The notes under the pieces: model-generated | The model's input: the letters and a program-made list of their open reading frames with translations, nothing else | Database searches by the model: none | What the model was told of the DNA's origin: nothing | Part shown: in pieces, positions 19,850 to 29,223 of the stretch | Layout: every line of letters starts with the position of its first letter | How positions within the stretch are numbered: position 1 is the first letter of the stretch | Assembly (NCBI GenBank): GCA_963748045.1 | Contig: CAVVIC010000018.1 | Location: forward strand, 37,021-101,020 | DNA from: an uncultured Gammaproteobacteria bacterium | GTDB taxonomy: Bacteria > Pseudomonadota > Gammaproteobacteria > Steroidobacterales > Rariloculaceae | Length of the DNA stretch: 64,000 nt | Direction: 5' to 3' | Made by a program: the position numbers and the translations under genes

Positions 19850-21530
19850 GTGTACACCGAGTTCTTCGGCCTCAACGAAAAGCCGTTCGCGATCACACCG
19901 GATCCGCGCTACCTCTACATGAGCGCGCGCCACACGGATGCGCTCGCGCACCTCGTGTACGGCATCTCCGAAAGCGGCGGCTTCATCCAGCTGACGGGCG
20001 AGGTCGGCACCGGCAAGACCACGCTGATCCGCAGCCTGCTCGAGCAGCTGCCCGAGAAGGCCGACATCGCACTGATCCTGAGCCCTCAGCTGACGACGCT
20101 CGAGTTCCTGCAGACGATCGCCGAGGAGCTCGGCTGCCCGCTGCCGCAGGAACGCACCGTCAAAGCGTTGATCGATGCCTTGAACGCGCACGTACTGAAG
20201 GTGCACAGCGAGGGCCGCCGCGTCGTGCTGATCGTCGACGAAGCGCAGACGCTCTCGCCCGAGCTACTCGAGCAGGTGCGCTTGCTGACGAACCTCGAGA
20301 CGGCGAAACAGAAGCTGCTGCAGATCATCCTGATCGGCCAGCCCGAGCTGCGCGACCTGCTCGACCGGCCGGACATGCGGCAGATCGCGCAGCGCGTCAC
20401 CGGTCGATACCACCTCGAGCCACTCGACGCCGATGACACGGCCACGTATGTGGCGCATCGCATGCGCGTGGCCGGTGCGCTGCGCGACGTGTTCTCGAAG
20501 TCGGCGCTGCGTGCGCTGTATCGCCGCGCGCGCGGCATTCCACGGCTCATCAACGTGATCGCCGATCGCGCACTGCTCGCGGCCTACACGCAGGATCGCC
20601 ACGGCGTCGACGGCAAGCTCGTCGCACTCGCGGCCGCCGAGGTGTTCGGGGCGCGACGCTCGGGGCACACGTGGTGGTGGGCGGTCACGGCGGCGGCCGG
20701 CATCGCGCTGTTTGCGTTCGCGACGACGAATCTGTGGCGCACGCCGGCGGAGCCGGCGCAGTCGACCGGCGAAAGCTCACCATCGGTCGCCGCCACACCT
20801 GCGGTCACCGCACCGGCGACCGACATCGTCGTCGCGGCAGCAAGCGCCGCGGCGGAGCCGCCGACGGCTCCCGCCGCTCCGGCCTCTGCGCCGCGCGGGC
20901 CGGCGACACTGCGTGAGCTACTTGCCGAGCCCGACTTCGCGTTGACGGCGGACGAAGCGATTGGCACGTTGCTCACGCTCTGGGGCGGTCAGTACGACGC
21001 CGTGCGGCGCGAGCCGTGCAGGCAGGCTGTCGAACAGGGACTGCGTTGCCTCGCTTCAGAGCCGCGGCTCGCTCGGCGAGCTGAAACGCGTGAACTGGCC
21101 GACGATCGTGTCGCTCGTCAACGAGGACGGTACCGCGCATCCAGTCGTGATTGCCGCGCTGCAACACGACACCGCGCAAGTCGTTGCACACGGCAAGACG
21201 TTCGAGCTTTCGCTCGCAGAGCTTGGGCTCAACTGGTACGGCGATCATCTTCTGCTGTGGCGCCCTGGCAGTGCGCCGACCAAGGATCTGGTGCCGGGCG
21301 TCGACGACGTCGGCGTGCTGTGGGTGCGTGGCATGCTCGCGCGCATCAACGGCGCGGAAACGCCCGCCGACGCTTCGACCGTGTACGACACGGCGCTCGT
21401 GCGTCAGGTCAAGGCGTACCAGCGCGCGCGCCAGCTCACGGTCGACGGCATCGTCGGCGATCGGACGCTGATTGCGATGCTGGCCGACCTCAAGCTTCCC
21501 GACACGCCGCTACTGTTCGCGGGACGCTGA
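19850..21530 (+). pseudogene. gspA: general secretion pathway protein A (ExeA/GspA: AAA+ ATPase with C-terminal peptidoglycan-binding domain), frame interrupted once
   Basis: GTG at 19850 (VYTEFFGLNEKPFAITPDPRYLYMS...). Has Walker A GEVGTGKT and a TM segment near WWWAVTAAAGIALFAF. The C-terminal part, in the +1 frame after about 21055, ends with the PG-binding repeat ...VKAYQRARQLTVDGIVGDRTL.... Length is 1681 = 3n+1. Confidence 0.85.
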
Positions 21531-21531
21531 C

Positions 21532-22239
21532 GTGTCGTTCATCTTAGACGCACTCCGCAAATCCGAGCACGAGCGCCAGCGTTCGGCGGCACCGGGTCTG
21601 TCGCACGTGCCGCTCGCGACGCCGCGCCGCGAGGTGCCACGCTGGACGTTGCTCGTGATCGGCGTGCTCGCTGCCGCCGTGCTCGTGCTGGGCGGAGCCT
21701 GGTGGCAGAGCCAGCGGTCACTCATCGCGCCGGCCGCAAGCTCGCCGAGGGCTGTGACGACGCCCGTCGCTTCGACTCCGCCGACCACCGCAGCTCCCGC
21801 GCCCGTCGCGGCGCCGACGATCACGGCTCCGCCGCCGGCCGCGGCGCCGGCGACCGTCGCCATCGCTGCACCAGCCGTGCAGCAGCCTGCGGTCGTCGTC
21901 GCTTCGACCTCATCGCCGCAGGATTCCGAGTCCGCCGCTGCTCTCGACGAGCGGACACAGTCGCTCGCGAGCGCCGCCATCGTGCCGAAGCGACCCGCGC
22001 CAACGGGCCCGACATTGCCGAGCGCTGCCGCGCTGCAGGCGCAAGGCATCAACGTGCCGCCGCTCAAGCTCGAGCTGCACGCCTACAGCGACAAGCCAAC
22101 CGAGCGATTCGTGTTCATCAATGGCCGCAAGTACAAGGAAGGCGAGCGGCTCGCCGAAGGCCCCGAGGTCGTGACGATCGAGACGAACGGCGTCGTGCTC
22201 AGCGAGCAGGGGCAGAGATTCCAGCTGGCGCCCGAGTAG
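21532..22239 (+). CDS. gspB: general secretion pathway protein B (ExeB/GspB-like)
   Basis: The GTG at 21532 lies 1 nt after the gspA stop. VSFILDALRKSEHERQ is the typical GspB N-terminus. A TM helix, a Pro/Ala-rich linker and a conserved C-terminal ...ERFVFINGRKYKEGE... follow. Confidence 0.75.
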   Translation: MSFILDALRKSEHERQRSAAPGLSHVPLATPRREVPRWTLLVIGVLAAAVLVLGGAWWQSQRSLIAPAASSPRAVTTPVASTPPTTAAPAPVAAPTITAPPPAAAPATVAIAAPAVQQPAVVVASTSSPQDSESAAALDERTQSLASAAIVPKRPAPTGPTLPSAAALQAQGINVPPLKLELHAYSDKPTERFVFINGRKYKEGERLAEGPEVVTIETNGVVLSEQGQRFQLAPE

Positions 22240-22249
22240 TCCCGAGTAG

Positions 22250-22925
22250 TCAAAGGGCCGCGGGCAGAGGCTCGATCAGCACAGCGTCGTCGTTGCGCGG
22301 ATCGTTGACCGCAAGCGATACCGGCCACGCTTCGACCTGCGGCGCACGCGCCGCGATCTCTGCCGCTTCCGCAGCGCTCGTGTGCGGATCGAGCCAACGC
22401 GCCTGGTCGGCGCGCGCCACGAGCACCGGCATGCGGTCGTGGATCGGCGCGAGCGTCGCGTTGGCATCGGTCGTCACGATCACGCAGGTTTCGAGCGTCC
22501 GGCCGTCGGGTGCGCGCCAGCGCTCCCACAGGCCTGCGAACGCGAGCAACGGCTCGCCGTGGCCGCGGATGAAGAACGGCCGCCGCCGGCCCTGCACCGC
22601 TTCGCCCCATTCGTAGAAGCCGCTCGCCGCGATCAGGCAACGGCGTCGCGTGAACGCTTCGCGAAACGCCGGCTTGTCGGGCAGGCTATCGAGACGCGCG
22701 TTGATGAGCCGTTGGCCGATCGAGGCGTCCTTCGCCCAGAACGGCACGAGCCCCCACTTCAGGAGATCGAGCCGCCGCACGCCATCGCGCTCGCGCACGA
22801 CGGCCACGGCCTGCCCCGGCGTGACGTTATAGTGCGGCGGCAGCGCCTCGGCCACGGCCTCCGTGAGGCCGAAGTGCTCGGCGAGTCTGCGCGGACGTGG
22901 CGAACAGCGCGAACCGGCCGCACAC
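22250..22925 (-). pseudogene. SOS response-associated peptidase (SRAP/YedK family), frame interrupted once near the 5' end
   Basis: GTG-TGC-GGC-CGG-TTC at 22925 encodes (M)CGRFALF, the catalytic N-terminal Cys2 motif. After about 22890 the rest (...LAEHFGLTEA...PHYNVTPGQ...LKWGLVPFWAKD...INARLDSL...GFYEW...) continues in the frame of ORF 22250-24673. Length is 676 = 3n+1. Confidence 0.8.
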
Positions 22926-22926
22926 C

Positions 22927-23679
22927 TTACGCTCGGACGCCGCGACCGTAGTTCAGCAGCAGCAGCACGGCCGCGAACAATACCGCGGCCGAACCCACCA
23001 TGATCGCGTACGCCAAGCCGATCGGTATGTCCGACGAGCCGAGCATGCCGTAACGGAACGCGTTGACCATGTACAGGATCGGATTCGCCAGCGCGACCTT
23101 CTGCCAGAACGGCGACAGCAGCTTGATCGAGAAGAACACGCCGCCGAGATACGTCAGCGGCGTCAGCACGAACGTCGGGATGATCGAGATGTCGTCGAAC
23201 GACTTCGCGAAGATCGCGTTGAACAGGCCCGCAAGCGAAAACACGATGGCCGTGAGCAGGATCGTCGTGAACGTGATCAGCGGATGCACGACGTGCAGGT
23301 CCGCGAAGAACATCGCGACCACCACGACGAGGGCCGCCACGAGCAGGCCGCGCACGACGCCGCCGACGACGTAGCCCACCACGATCGTCGTGTACGCGAG
23401 CGGCGCGACGAGCATCTCCTCGAGATGCAGCATCAGCTTGCTCGAGAAGAACGACGACACCACGTTCGCGAACGAGTTCGTGATGACGGACATCATGATC
23501 AGGCCGGGCGCGATGAACGTCATGTACGACACTCCGTCCATGGTGCCGATGCGCCCGCCCACGAGGCTGCCGAAGATGATGAAGTACAGCGTCATCGTGA
23601 TGGCCGGCGGCACGATCGTCTGGATCCAGATTCGCACCACGCGGCGCGATTCCTTGCGCACGATCGTATTCAACCCCAC
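22927..23679 (-). CDS. ABC-2 type transporter permease (YadH-like)
   Basis: 250 codons from the GTG at 23679. ...RIWIQTIVPPAITMTLYFIIFGSLVGGRIG... is collinear with E. coli YadH. Six TM segments. Confidence 0.85.
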   Translation of the reverse strand: MGLNTIVRKESRRVVRIWIQTIVPPAITMTLYFIIFGSLVGGRIGTMDGVSYMTFIAPGLIMMSVITNSFANVVSSFFSSKLMLHLEEMLVAPLAYTTIVVGYVVGGVVRGLLVAALVVVVAMFFADLHVVHPLITFTTILLTAIVFSLAGLFNAIFAKSFDDISIIPTFVLTPLTYLGGVFFSIKLLSPFWQKVALANPILYMVNAFRYGMLGSSDIPIGLAYAIMVGSAAVLFAAVLLLLNYGRGVRA

Positions 23680-23736
23680 GAGGTTGATGCGCCACAGGTT
23701 CGGCGCGGCGATGCGGCGAGCAATGCGTTGCGTCGT

Positions 23737-24673
23737 TCATGCGGAGCGGCGCTCCTCTTTGTCTTTGTCCTGGACGAGACGGATGAACAGCTCCTCGAGA
23801 CGATTCGTCTTCGTGCGCATGCTGGCTACGTGCAGCGACTGCGCCGAGAGCTGCGCGAACACGTCGTTCAACCCCTGCCCTTTCATGACTTCGACCTCGA
23901 TCTCGTGCTCGTTCCGCAGCCGCGTGGGGTACGCCGCGAGCGCCGGTGCGGCACTGACGGGCTCCTTCAGGCTCAGCACGAACGTCTCGACCTGCAGCTT
24001 GCCGATGACGTTCTTCATCGTGTCGTTCTCGATGATCCTGACCTTCGTCGATGATCGCGATGTTCCGGCACAGGCTCTCGGCTTCGTCGAGGTAGTGCGT
24101 CGTCAGGATGATCGTGACGCCGGCCGCGTTGATCTCGCGCATGAACTCCCACATCGAGCGGCGGATCTCGATGTCGACGCCGGCCGTTGGCTCGTCGAGG
24201 ATCAGGAGGCGCGGCTCGTGGACGAGCGCGCGCGCGATCATGAGCCGGCGCTTCATGCCGCCCGACAGCGTGCGCGCGATGCCGAGGCGCTTTTCCCAAA
24301 GGTGCAGCGCCTTCAGGTACTTCTCGGTGCGCTCGCGCGCCACGTTCGCGGGCACGCCGTAGTACCCCGCCTGGTTGATCAGCGTGAGGTCGTTGCGCTC
24401 GAACATGTTCAGGTTGATCTCCTGCGGCACCACGCCGATGGAGGCCTTCGCGGCCTCGCGCGCGGTGTCGAGATCGTGCCCAAACACCTGGACCGAGCCG
24501 CCCGTTTTGCGGATCAGCGACGTGATGATGCCGATCGTCGTGGTCTTGCCGGCGCCGTTCGGGCCGAGCAGCGCGAAGAAATCGCCCTCGCGTACCGTGA
24601 GGTCGATGCCTTTCAGCGCTTCCACGCCGTTGCCGTAGACCTTGCGCAGGCCCTTGATGACTAACGCGTCCAT
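23737..24673 (-). pseudogene. ABC transporter ATP-binding protein (YadG-like), frame interrupted once
   Basis: Has Walker A GPNGAGKTT, signature LSGGMKRR and Walker B LLILDEP. After ...NIAIIDEGQ an extra base near 24037 moves the C-terminal domain (IIENDTMKNVIGKLQVETF...RLVQDKDKEERRSA*) into ORF 23737-24018. Length is 937 = 3n+1. Confidence 0.88.
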
Positions 24674-24709
24674 TGGTGTCCAAAGCCGGAGCCCGTGCTC
24701 CGCGGGCGG

Positions 24710-25340
24710 CTATTGTAAATGCGGAGGCAGCGGCGTGCCGCAATGAACGCTGGGCGTGCGTGTCAGGTGACCGGATGCGCGGGTCGCCGCTGGCGGCCAG
24801 TCGCGAGCGAGCCCGGGTTGCAGCGCAACGAGCGCGAGCTGCCGCCGCGACTCGGGCCGCGTGTCGGTCAGAATGCCGTGCCACAGCCAGTCCTGGTCGG
24901 TGAACGCGCAATGCACGATGTCCGACGCAGCGGCCAGACGCCCCAGGTCGGGCAGCGCGAGCGATCGCAGCAACTCGATCTGCGCGACGCCTAGGCCGAG
25001 CAGAAACTGCGCCTGGTACGGACTCTGGCGGCTCGTCTGGCGCGCGGCCAAGAGGATCGACAGAGCGAGCTCGTGATACCGCGGCATCGCGTTCGCCGAC
25101 CGCGGCCAGCTCCTGCTCGGCGCCGACGACGCCGTCGCACCGGACCTGAAACAGCGCGCGCGGAAACTGCGCGACGTTGTCGAGTAGCGTGCCGTCGGCT
25201 GCGCGCAGCGGCGGGTGCGCAGTCGCCGGCAAACCCAGGCAATCGCGTTCGACTCGGGCCCGTGATTGCAGGAAGCCTAAGAACGACCGATTCAGCTCGT
25301 GGACCGGTTCGAGGTGCTCCAGACGGACGGTGGCCGGCAT
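24710..25340 (-). pseudogene. FlhD-like protein, apparently two tandem FlhD-like repeats, frame interrupted once (or two fused genes)
   Basis: The N-frame (from the ATG at 25340) gives ...HELNRSFLGFLQSRARVERDCLGLP...FPRALFQVRCDG.... The frame of ORF 24710-25087 gives ...HELALSILLAARQTSRQSPYQAQFLLGLGVAQIELLRSLALPDLGRLAAASDIVHCAFTD.... The latter aligns ungapped to E. coli FlhD (recalled from memory) with 18/60 identities. Length is 631 = 3n+1. Confidence 0.5.
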
Positions 25341-25372
25341 GCGTCTTCAGTCCCCGTTTTGCGGCGTTTTTG

Positions 25373-25404
25373 CCATATATGGTCCTAAAATACCATTAGT
25401 GGTA
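25373..25404. promoter_or_regulatory. AT-rich divergent control region with two short palindromes
   Basis: CCATATATGG (25373-25382) and TACCAttagTGGTA (25391-25404) lie in the 80-bp gap between the FlhD-like and FlhC-like genes. This stretch is unusually A/T-rich for the window. Confidence 0.25.
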
Positions 25405-25420
25405 AATGTAGGCTAAGCAG

Positions 25421-26029
25421 GTGAATGTTGCCGAAATGGGGGGAAAGGGGAACATGAGGGCAACCGACGACCGTTATCGCCGCGAGCAGGCGCGGTTCAA
25501 TCTCGCCATGCGATTGATCGAGCACGAGGCACGAACCGGCACGATTCGCTATCTGACCGGGCTTCAGGACGATCGCATCCGCAAGCTGTACACGACCTAT
25601 TTCAAGTACGACGCGCAGCCGGTCCGGCGTCGCCGCGGGCGCTCGCCGACGCGCGTCGGGCCGCTCGTGCGGACGCCGCAACGCGCGCTCGAGTCGGGCG
25701 TGTTCGCGAACCTGCTGCTCGCGAACGGCCTGTTCTGCATCGAGCGTCCACCGGGGCCGAACCTCAAAGCCAACGTGGATCTCGGCCATCGGCTCTGCGA
25801 GTGCTTCGAGAGCTTCGAGCAGCTCATCCCCTATCATTCGCTGTCGTTCGAATGGGGCTGGAACCTGCTGCAGAGCATTCGGCGCGGCGACGAGCTCGGT
25901 ATCGCGCGCTGCGAGAAGTGCCGCGTCTGCTACGTGTTCGATCTGCTGTCGCTGCCGCGCTCTGCCTGCCCGGCCTGCCTGCTGTTCGAGCGCGAGCGCG
26001 AGGTACCATTCGAGCTGATGTCCGCGTGA
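25421..26029 (+). CDS. FlhC-family transcriptional regulator
   Basis: FNLAMRLIEHEARTGTIRYLTGLQDDRIRKLYTTY parallels E. coli FlhC [35 protein letters not shown]. The C-terminal Cys cluster CEKC...ACPAC parallels the FlhC zinc site CNCC...ACSLC. Start is uncertain (GTG 25421, ATG 25436 or ATG 25454). Confidence 0.65.
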   Translation: MNVAEMGGKGNMRATDDRYRREQARFNLAMRLIEHEARTGTIRYLTGLQDDRIRKLYTTYFKYDAQPVRRRRGRSPTRVGPLVRTPQRALESGVFANLLLANGLFCIERPPGPNLKANVDLGHRLCECFESFEQLIPYHSLSFEWGWNLLQSIRRGDELGIARCEKCRVCYVFDLLSLPRSACPACLLFEREREVPFELMSA

Positions 26030-26043
26030 GGTAGTCGGGCTCG

Positions 26044-26802
26044 ATGTGTCTCGTGGTCGTGGCGCACGCGGCGGCGGCGCGCTACAGGTTCGTGATCGCA
26101 GCCAACCGCGACGAGCTGCATGCGCGGCCCACGCGGCCGGCGGGCTGGTGGCCCGAGCCGCCGGGGCTCCTCGGCGGCCGCGACCTGCTGGCCGGCGGCA
26201 CCTGGCTCGGCGTGGATAAGCGCGGCCGTATCGCGGCCGTCACGAACGTGCGCGACGGCACGCCGCGCGAGGCGCCGCGCTCGCGCGGTGCGCTGGTCAC
26301 CGACTATCTCGGCGGCGACGAGCCGGCCGCGAACTTCGCGGCGCGATTGGCCGCGGCCGGCGCAGGGTTCGCCGCGTTCAATCTGCTGCTGCTCGACGGC
26401 GCCGAGCTGCGGTACACCAGCAACCGAGCGCCGCCGACGCGGCTCGCGCCGGGCGTGCACGCGCTCAGCAACGCGCCGCTCGGTGTCGACTGGCCGAAGA
26501 CCACCAGTGCGAAGGATGGCGTCACGCGCCTGCTCGCTTCGGCCGATCCGCTCGAGGCGTTGTTCGAGCTGCTCGCCACTCGCAGCACCGCGGATTCCGC
26601 AGAAGAGCGCTACCGCAGCGCGCACTTCGTGACCGGACCCGTGTACGGCACGCGCTGCTCGACGGTGATCCTGATCGACGATCGAGGCGTGCTGACGTTC
26701 GCCGAGCGTTCGTTCGATGCCGGCGGCTCGCGCACGGGCGAGGTTCGCGAGACGTTCGCGATCGAGCCGCAGCCGACCGCCTCAACCGACGCGCTGCGCT
26801 AG
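26044..26802 (+). CDS. NRDE-family protein (TANGO2-like)
   Basis: MCLVVVAH...VIAANRDELHARPT...GGTWLGV...RIAAVTNVR... contains the literal NRDE motif and the N-terminal Cys2 typical of the family. It starts 14 nt after the FlhC-like stop. Confidence 0.8.
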   Translation: MCLVVVAHAAAARYRFVIAANRDELHARPTRPAGWWPEPPGLLGGRDLLAGGTWLGVDKRGRIAAVTNVRDGTPREAPRSRGALVTDYLGGDEPAANFAARLAAAGAGFAAFNLLLLDGAELRYTSNRAPPTRLAPGVHALSNAPLGVDWPKTTSAKDGVTRLLASADPLEALFELLATRSTADSAEERYRSAHFVTGPVYGTRCSTVILIDDRGVLTFAERSFDAGGSRTGEVRETFAIEPQPTASTDALR

Positions 26803-27456
26803 CCACGCCGCGATCGCGACGATCTCCTCGGCGCACACGCTGTGCGGCATCGGGTAGACGTGCCAATCGACGGCGTAGCCCAAGCCCTCGAGCGTGCGCC
26901 GCGAGCCTTCTGCGAGCGCGAGCGGCAGCAGCGGATCTGCCGAGCCGTGCGCCATGAAGATCGGCACGCCCGCATTCGCGGCGCTGCGCTCGGCAGCCAA
27001 GGTGTCGCCGAGCGGCAAGTAGGTCGAGAGCGCGAGCACGCCGGCCAGCGACCGGGGCTCGCGCAACGCCGTGTGCAGCGCGATGGCCCCGCCTTGCGAG
27101 AAACCGGCCAGCACGATCTGCGAAGCCGTGAGACCGCGCTCGATCTCGCGATCGATGAGTCGCGTGACGGCCGCGGCGCTCGCGCGAATGCCGGCCGCGT
27201 CCTGCCGCACGTTCATGCCGAACCCCAAAATGTCGTACCAGCCCCGCATCTCCATGCCGCCGTTCACGGTGATCGGCCGCACGGGTGCGTGCGGGAACAC
27301 GAAGCGCGCCGGAAACGGCAAATCGAGCTCCGGCACGATCGGCTCGAAGTCGTGCCCGTCGGCACCGAGCCCGTGCAGCCAGATGATCGCGAGCTCCGGC
27401 AAGTCGCCGGTGGAAATTTCTACGGTCGGCAAGAGCGTGTCGGACGGGGTCGTCAT
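26782..27456 (-). CDS. carboxylesterase/phospholipase-family alpha/beta hydrolase
   Basis: 224 aa with ...IIWLHGLGADGHDF..., the nucleophile elbow GFSQGG, and ...FMAHGSADPLLP.... Confidence 0.8.
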   Translation of the reverse strand: MTTPSDTLLPTVEISTGDLPELAIIWLHGLGADGHDFEPIVPELDLPFPARFVFPHAPVRPITVNGGMEMRGWYDILGFGMNVRQDAAGIRASAAAVTRLIDREIERGLTASQIVLAGFSQGGAIALHTALREPRSLAGVLALSTYLPLGDTLAAERSAANAGVPIFMAHGSADPLLPLALAEGSRRTLEGLGYAVDWHVYPMPHSVCAEEIVAIAAWLAQRVG

Positions 27457-27469
27457 GACGTTACCGGGC

Positions 27470-27513
27470 CTATTGCAAATTTGCGCATACGGCCTATTAT
27501 ATGCGCAATTTTA
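27470..27513. promoter_or_regulatory. candidate ArgR operator(s) / arg operon promoter region
   Basis: The sequence is CTATTGCAAATTTGCGCATAcggcCTATTATATGCGCAATTTTA. It contains the palindrome GCAAATTTGC (27474-27483) and the 9-bp inverted repeat TTGCGCATA (27481-27489) / TATGCGCAA (27500-27508). It ends 20 nt upstream of argR and is AT-rich, like ARG boxes. Confidence 0.4.
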
Positions 27514-27532
27514 TCCACCGACTGTTGCCGAA

Positions 27533-28000
27533 ATGCCTGCTTCACGCGAACAAACGGAGCGACGCCAAGCGATTGCCCGGCTCCTCGAGGAACACTCGAT
27601 CAACCGGCAGGCAAAACTCGTCGAGCTGCTTCGGGCCGAAGGGTATCCGGCCACGCAGTCGAGCGTGAGCAGGGATTTGCGGGATCTCGGAGCGATCAGA
27701 CAGAAGACCGGTTACAGCTTGCCGAAGGCTGCCGAGGTTAGCAACGGCGAGTCGCTGCAGGGCGTAGCGGAACTCGTGCTCGACATTCGGCCCGCGGGGC
27801 CGAACCTGCTCGTGATCATGACCGAGGTCGGCGCCGCACAGCGCGTCGCCGTGACGCTCGACCATATCGGCTGGCCGGAGATCGTCGCTACGCTGTCCGG
27901 CGACGACACGATCTTCGTGGCGACCGAAGGTGCAAACCAACAACGCCGGCTGCGAAGCCGGTTGCGACAACATCTGAATCTGAAGAAGGCATCCACATGA
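27533..28000 (+). CDS. argR: arginine repressor
   Basis: ATG at 27533. The N-terminal winged helix is RQAIARLLEEHSINRQAKLVELLRAEGYPATQSSVSRDLRDLG. The C-terminal oligomerisation domain is ...LVIMTEVGAAQRVAVTLD...IVATLSGDDTIFV.... Confidence 0.85.
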   Translation: MPASREQTERRQAIARLLEEHSINRQAKLVELLRAEGYPATQSSVSRDLRDLGAIRQKTGYSLPKAAEVSNGESLQGVAELVLDIRPAGPNLLVIMTEVGAAQRVAVTLDHIGWPEIVATLSGDDTIFVATEGANQQRRLRSRLRQHLNLKKAST

Positions 28001-29223
28001 CGGCTGCGGCTAAACCGATCGTTCTGGCGTTCTCCGGCGGGCTCGACACGTCGTTCTGCATTCCCTGGCTCAAGGAGACCTACGGCCGGCCGGTCGTGAC
28101 GGTGACGGTGAACTGCGGCGGCATCGACGCCGCGGCCGCGCGGCAGCTTCAAGAGCGCGCGAAGGCGCTCGGCGCCGTGGAGCACCACTTGATCGAGGCG
28201 CGGGGCGAGTTCTTCGACAAGGTCATCAAGTTCCTGATCATGGGCAACATCCGTCGCGGCAACATGTACCCGCTGTGCGTGGGCGCCGAGCGCGGCTTGC
28301 AGGCGAAGTACTTGGCTGAGCTCGCGAAGCAACTCGGCTCGGATACCGTGGCTCACGGCTGCACGGCGGCCGGCAACGACCAGGTGCGGTTCGAGATCGT
28401 GCTGAAGGCCGTGGCGCCCGAGCTCGTGATTCTAGCGCCCGTGCGCGATCACGCGTGGCAACGGCCGGCGCAGGTCAAGTTCCTCGAGGACCGCAAGATG
28501 TCCGTGCCGACGCGTGGGTCGGCCTACTCGACCAATCGCGGCCTCTGGGGCGTCACGATCGGCGGCAGCGAAACGCTCGACTCGAAGGGCAGCATTCCCG
28601 AGTCGGCGTGGGTGCTCTCGGCCGGTGCGCTCGACAAGCCGCAACCGTACTCCGAGATCGAAGTCGAGTTCGAGCGGGGCGTGCCCGTGGGGCTCGACGG
28701 CGCGCGGCTCGATGCCGTCGCGCTGATCGAGAAGCTCGAGACGGTCGCCGCGCGCTATGGCATCGGCCGCGGCATCCATTTGGGCGACACGATCATCGGC
28801 ACGAAGGGCCGCGTGGCGTTCGAAGCGCCCGCCGCCGAAGTCCTGATCAATGGGCATCGCGAGCTCGAGAAGCTCACGCTGACGCTGACGCAGTCGCAGG
28901 TCAAAGAGCCCGTGAGCCAGATCTACGGCCAGCTGATCCACGAAGGCAAACAGCTCGACCCGGCGTGCCGCGACATCGAAGCCCTGTTCGTGTCGTCGCA
29001 GTCGCGCGTCTCCGGCAAGGTCCGCGTGCAGCTGCGGCCCGGCAGCCTGTTCGTGCTGGGCGTGACCTCGCCGCACTCGCTGATGGCCGCGAGCCGCGGC
29101 AAGTACGGCGAAGCCGCGGGCGAGTGGACGGCGGCCGACGCACTCGGTTTCTCGAAGATCATGGCGTTGCCCGGGATGTTCCATACCCGGGCCGGAGGGG
29201 CAGTGACATGCGCTCGGTATTAG
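27997..29223 (+). CDS. argG: argininosuccinate synthase
   Basis: Intact 408 aa with the ATP-PPase motif AFSGGLDTS and ...HGCTAAGNDQVRFE.... The start overlaps the argR stop (ATGA). Confidence 0.92.
   Translation: MTAAAKPIVLAFSGGLDTSFCIPWLKETYGRPVVTVTVNCGGIDAAAARQLQERAKALGAVEHHLIEARGEFFDKVIKFLIMGNIRRGNMYPLCVGAERGLQAKYLAELAKQLGSDTVAHGCTAAGNDQVRFEIVLKAVAPELVILAPVRDHAWQRPAQVKFLEDRKMSVPTRGSAYSTNRGLWGVTIGGSETLDSKGSIPESAWVLSAGALDKPQPYSEIEVEFERGVPVGLDGARLDAVALIEKLETVAARYGIGRGIHLGDTIIGTKGRVAFEAPAAEVLINGHRELEKLTLTLTQSQVKEPVSQIYGQLIHEGKQLDPACRDIEALFVSSQSRVSGKVRVQLRPGSLFVLGVTSPHSLMAASRGKYGEAAGEWTAADALGFSKIMALPGMFHTRAGGAVTCARY

Noticed and set aside
22250-24673. 807-aa ORF, and likewise the 1020-aa ORF 40886-43948, as giant multidomain proteins
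   Set aside because: Each is a read-through of separate genes (ABC ATPase / permease antisense frame / SRAP; OPT / aminotransferase) caused by frameshifts and a lack of stops. The middle parts translate to Arg/Ala-rich nonsense.
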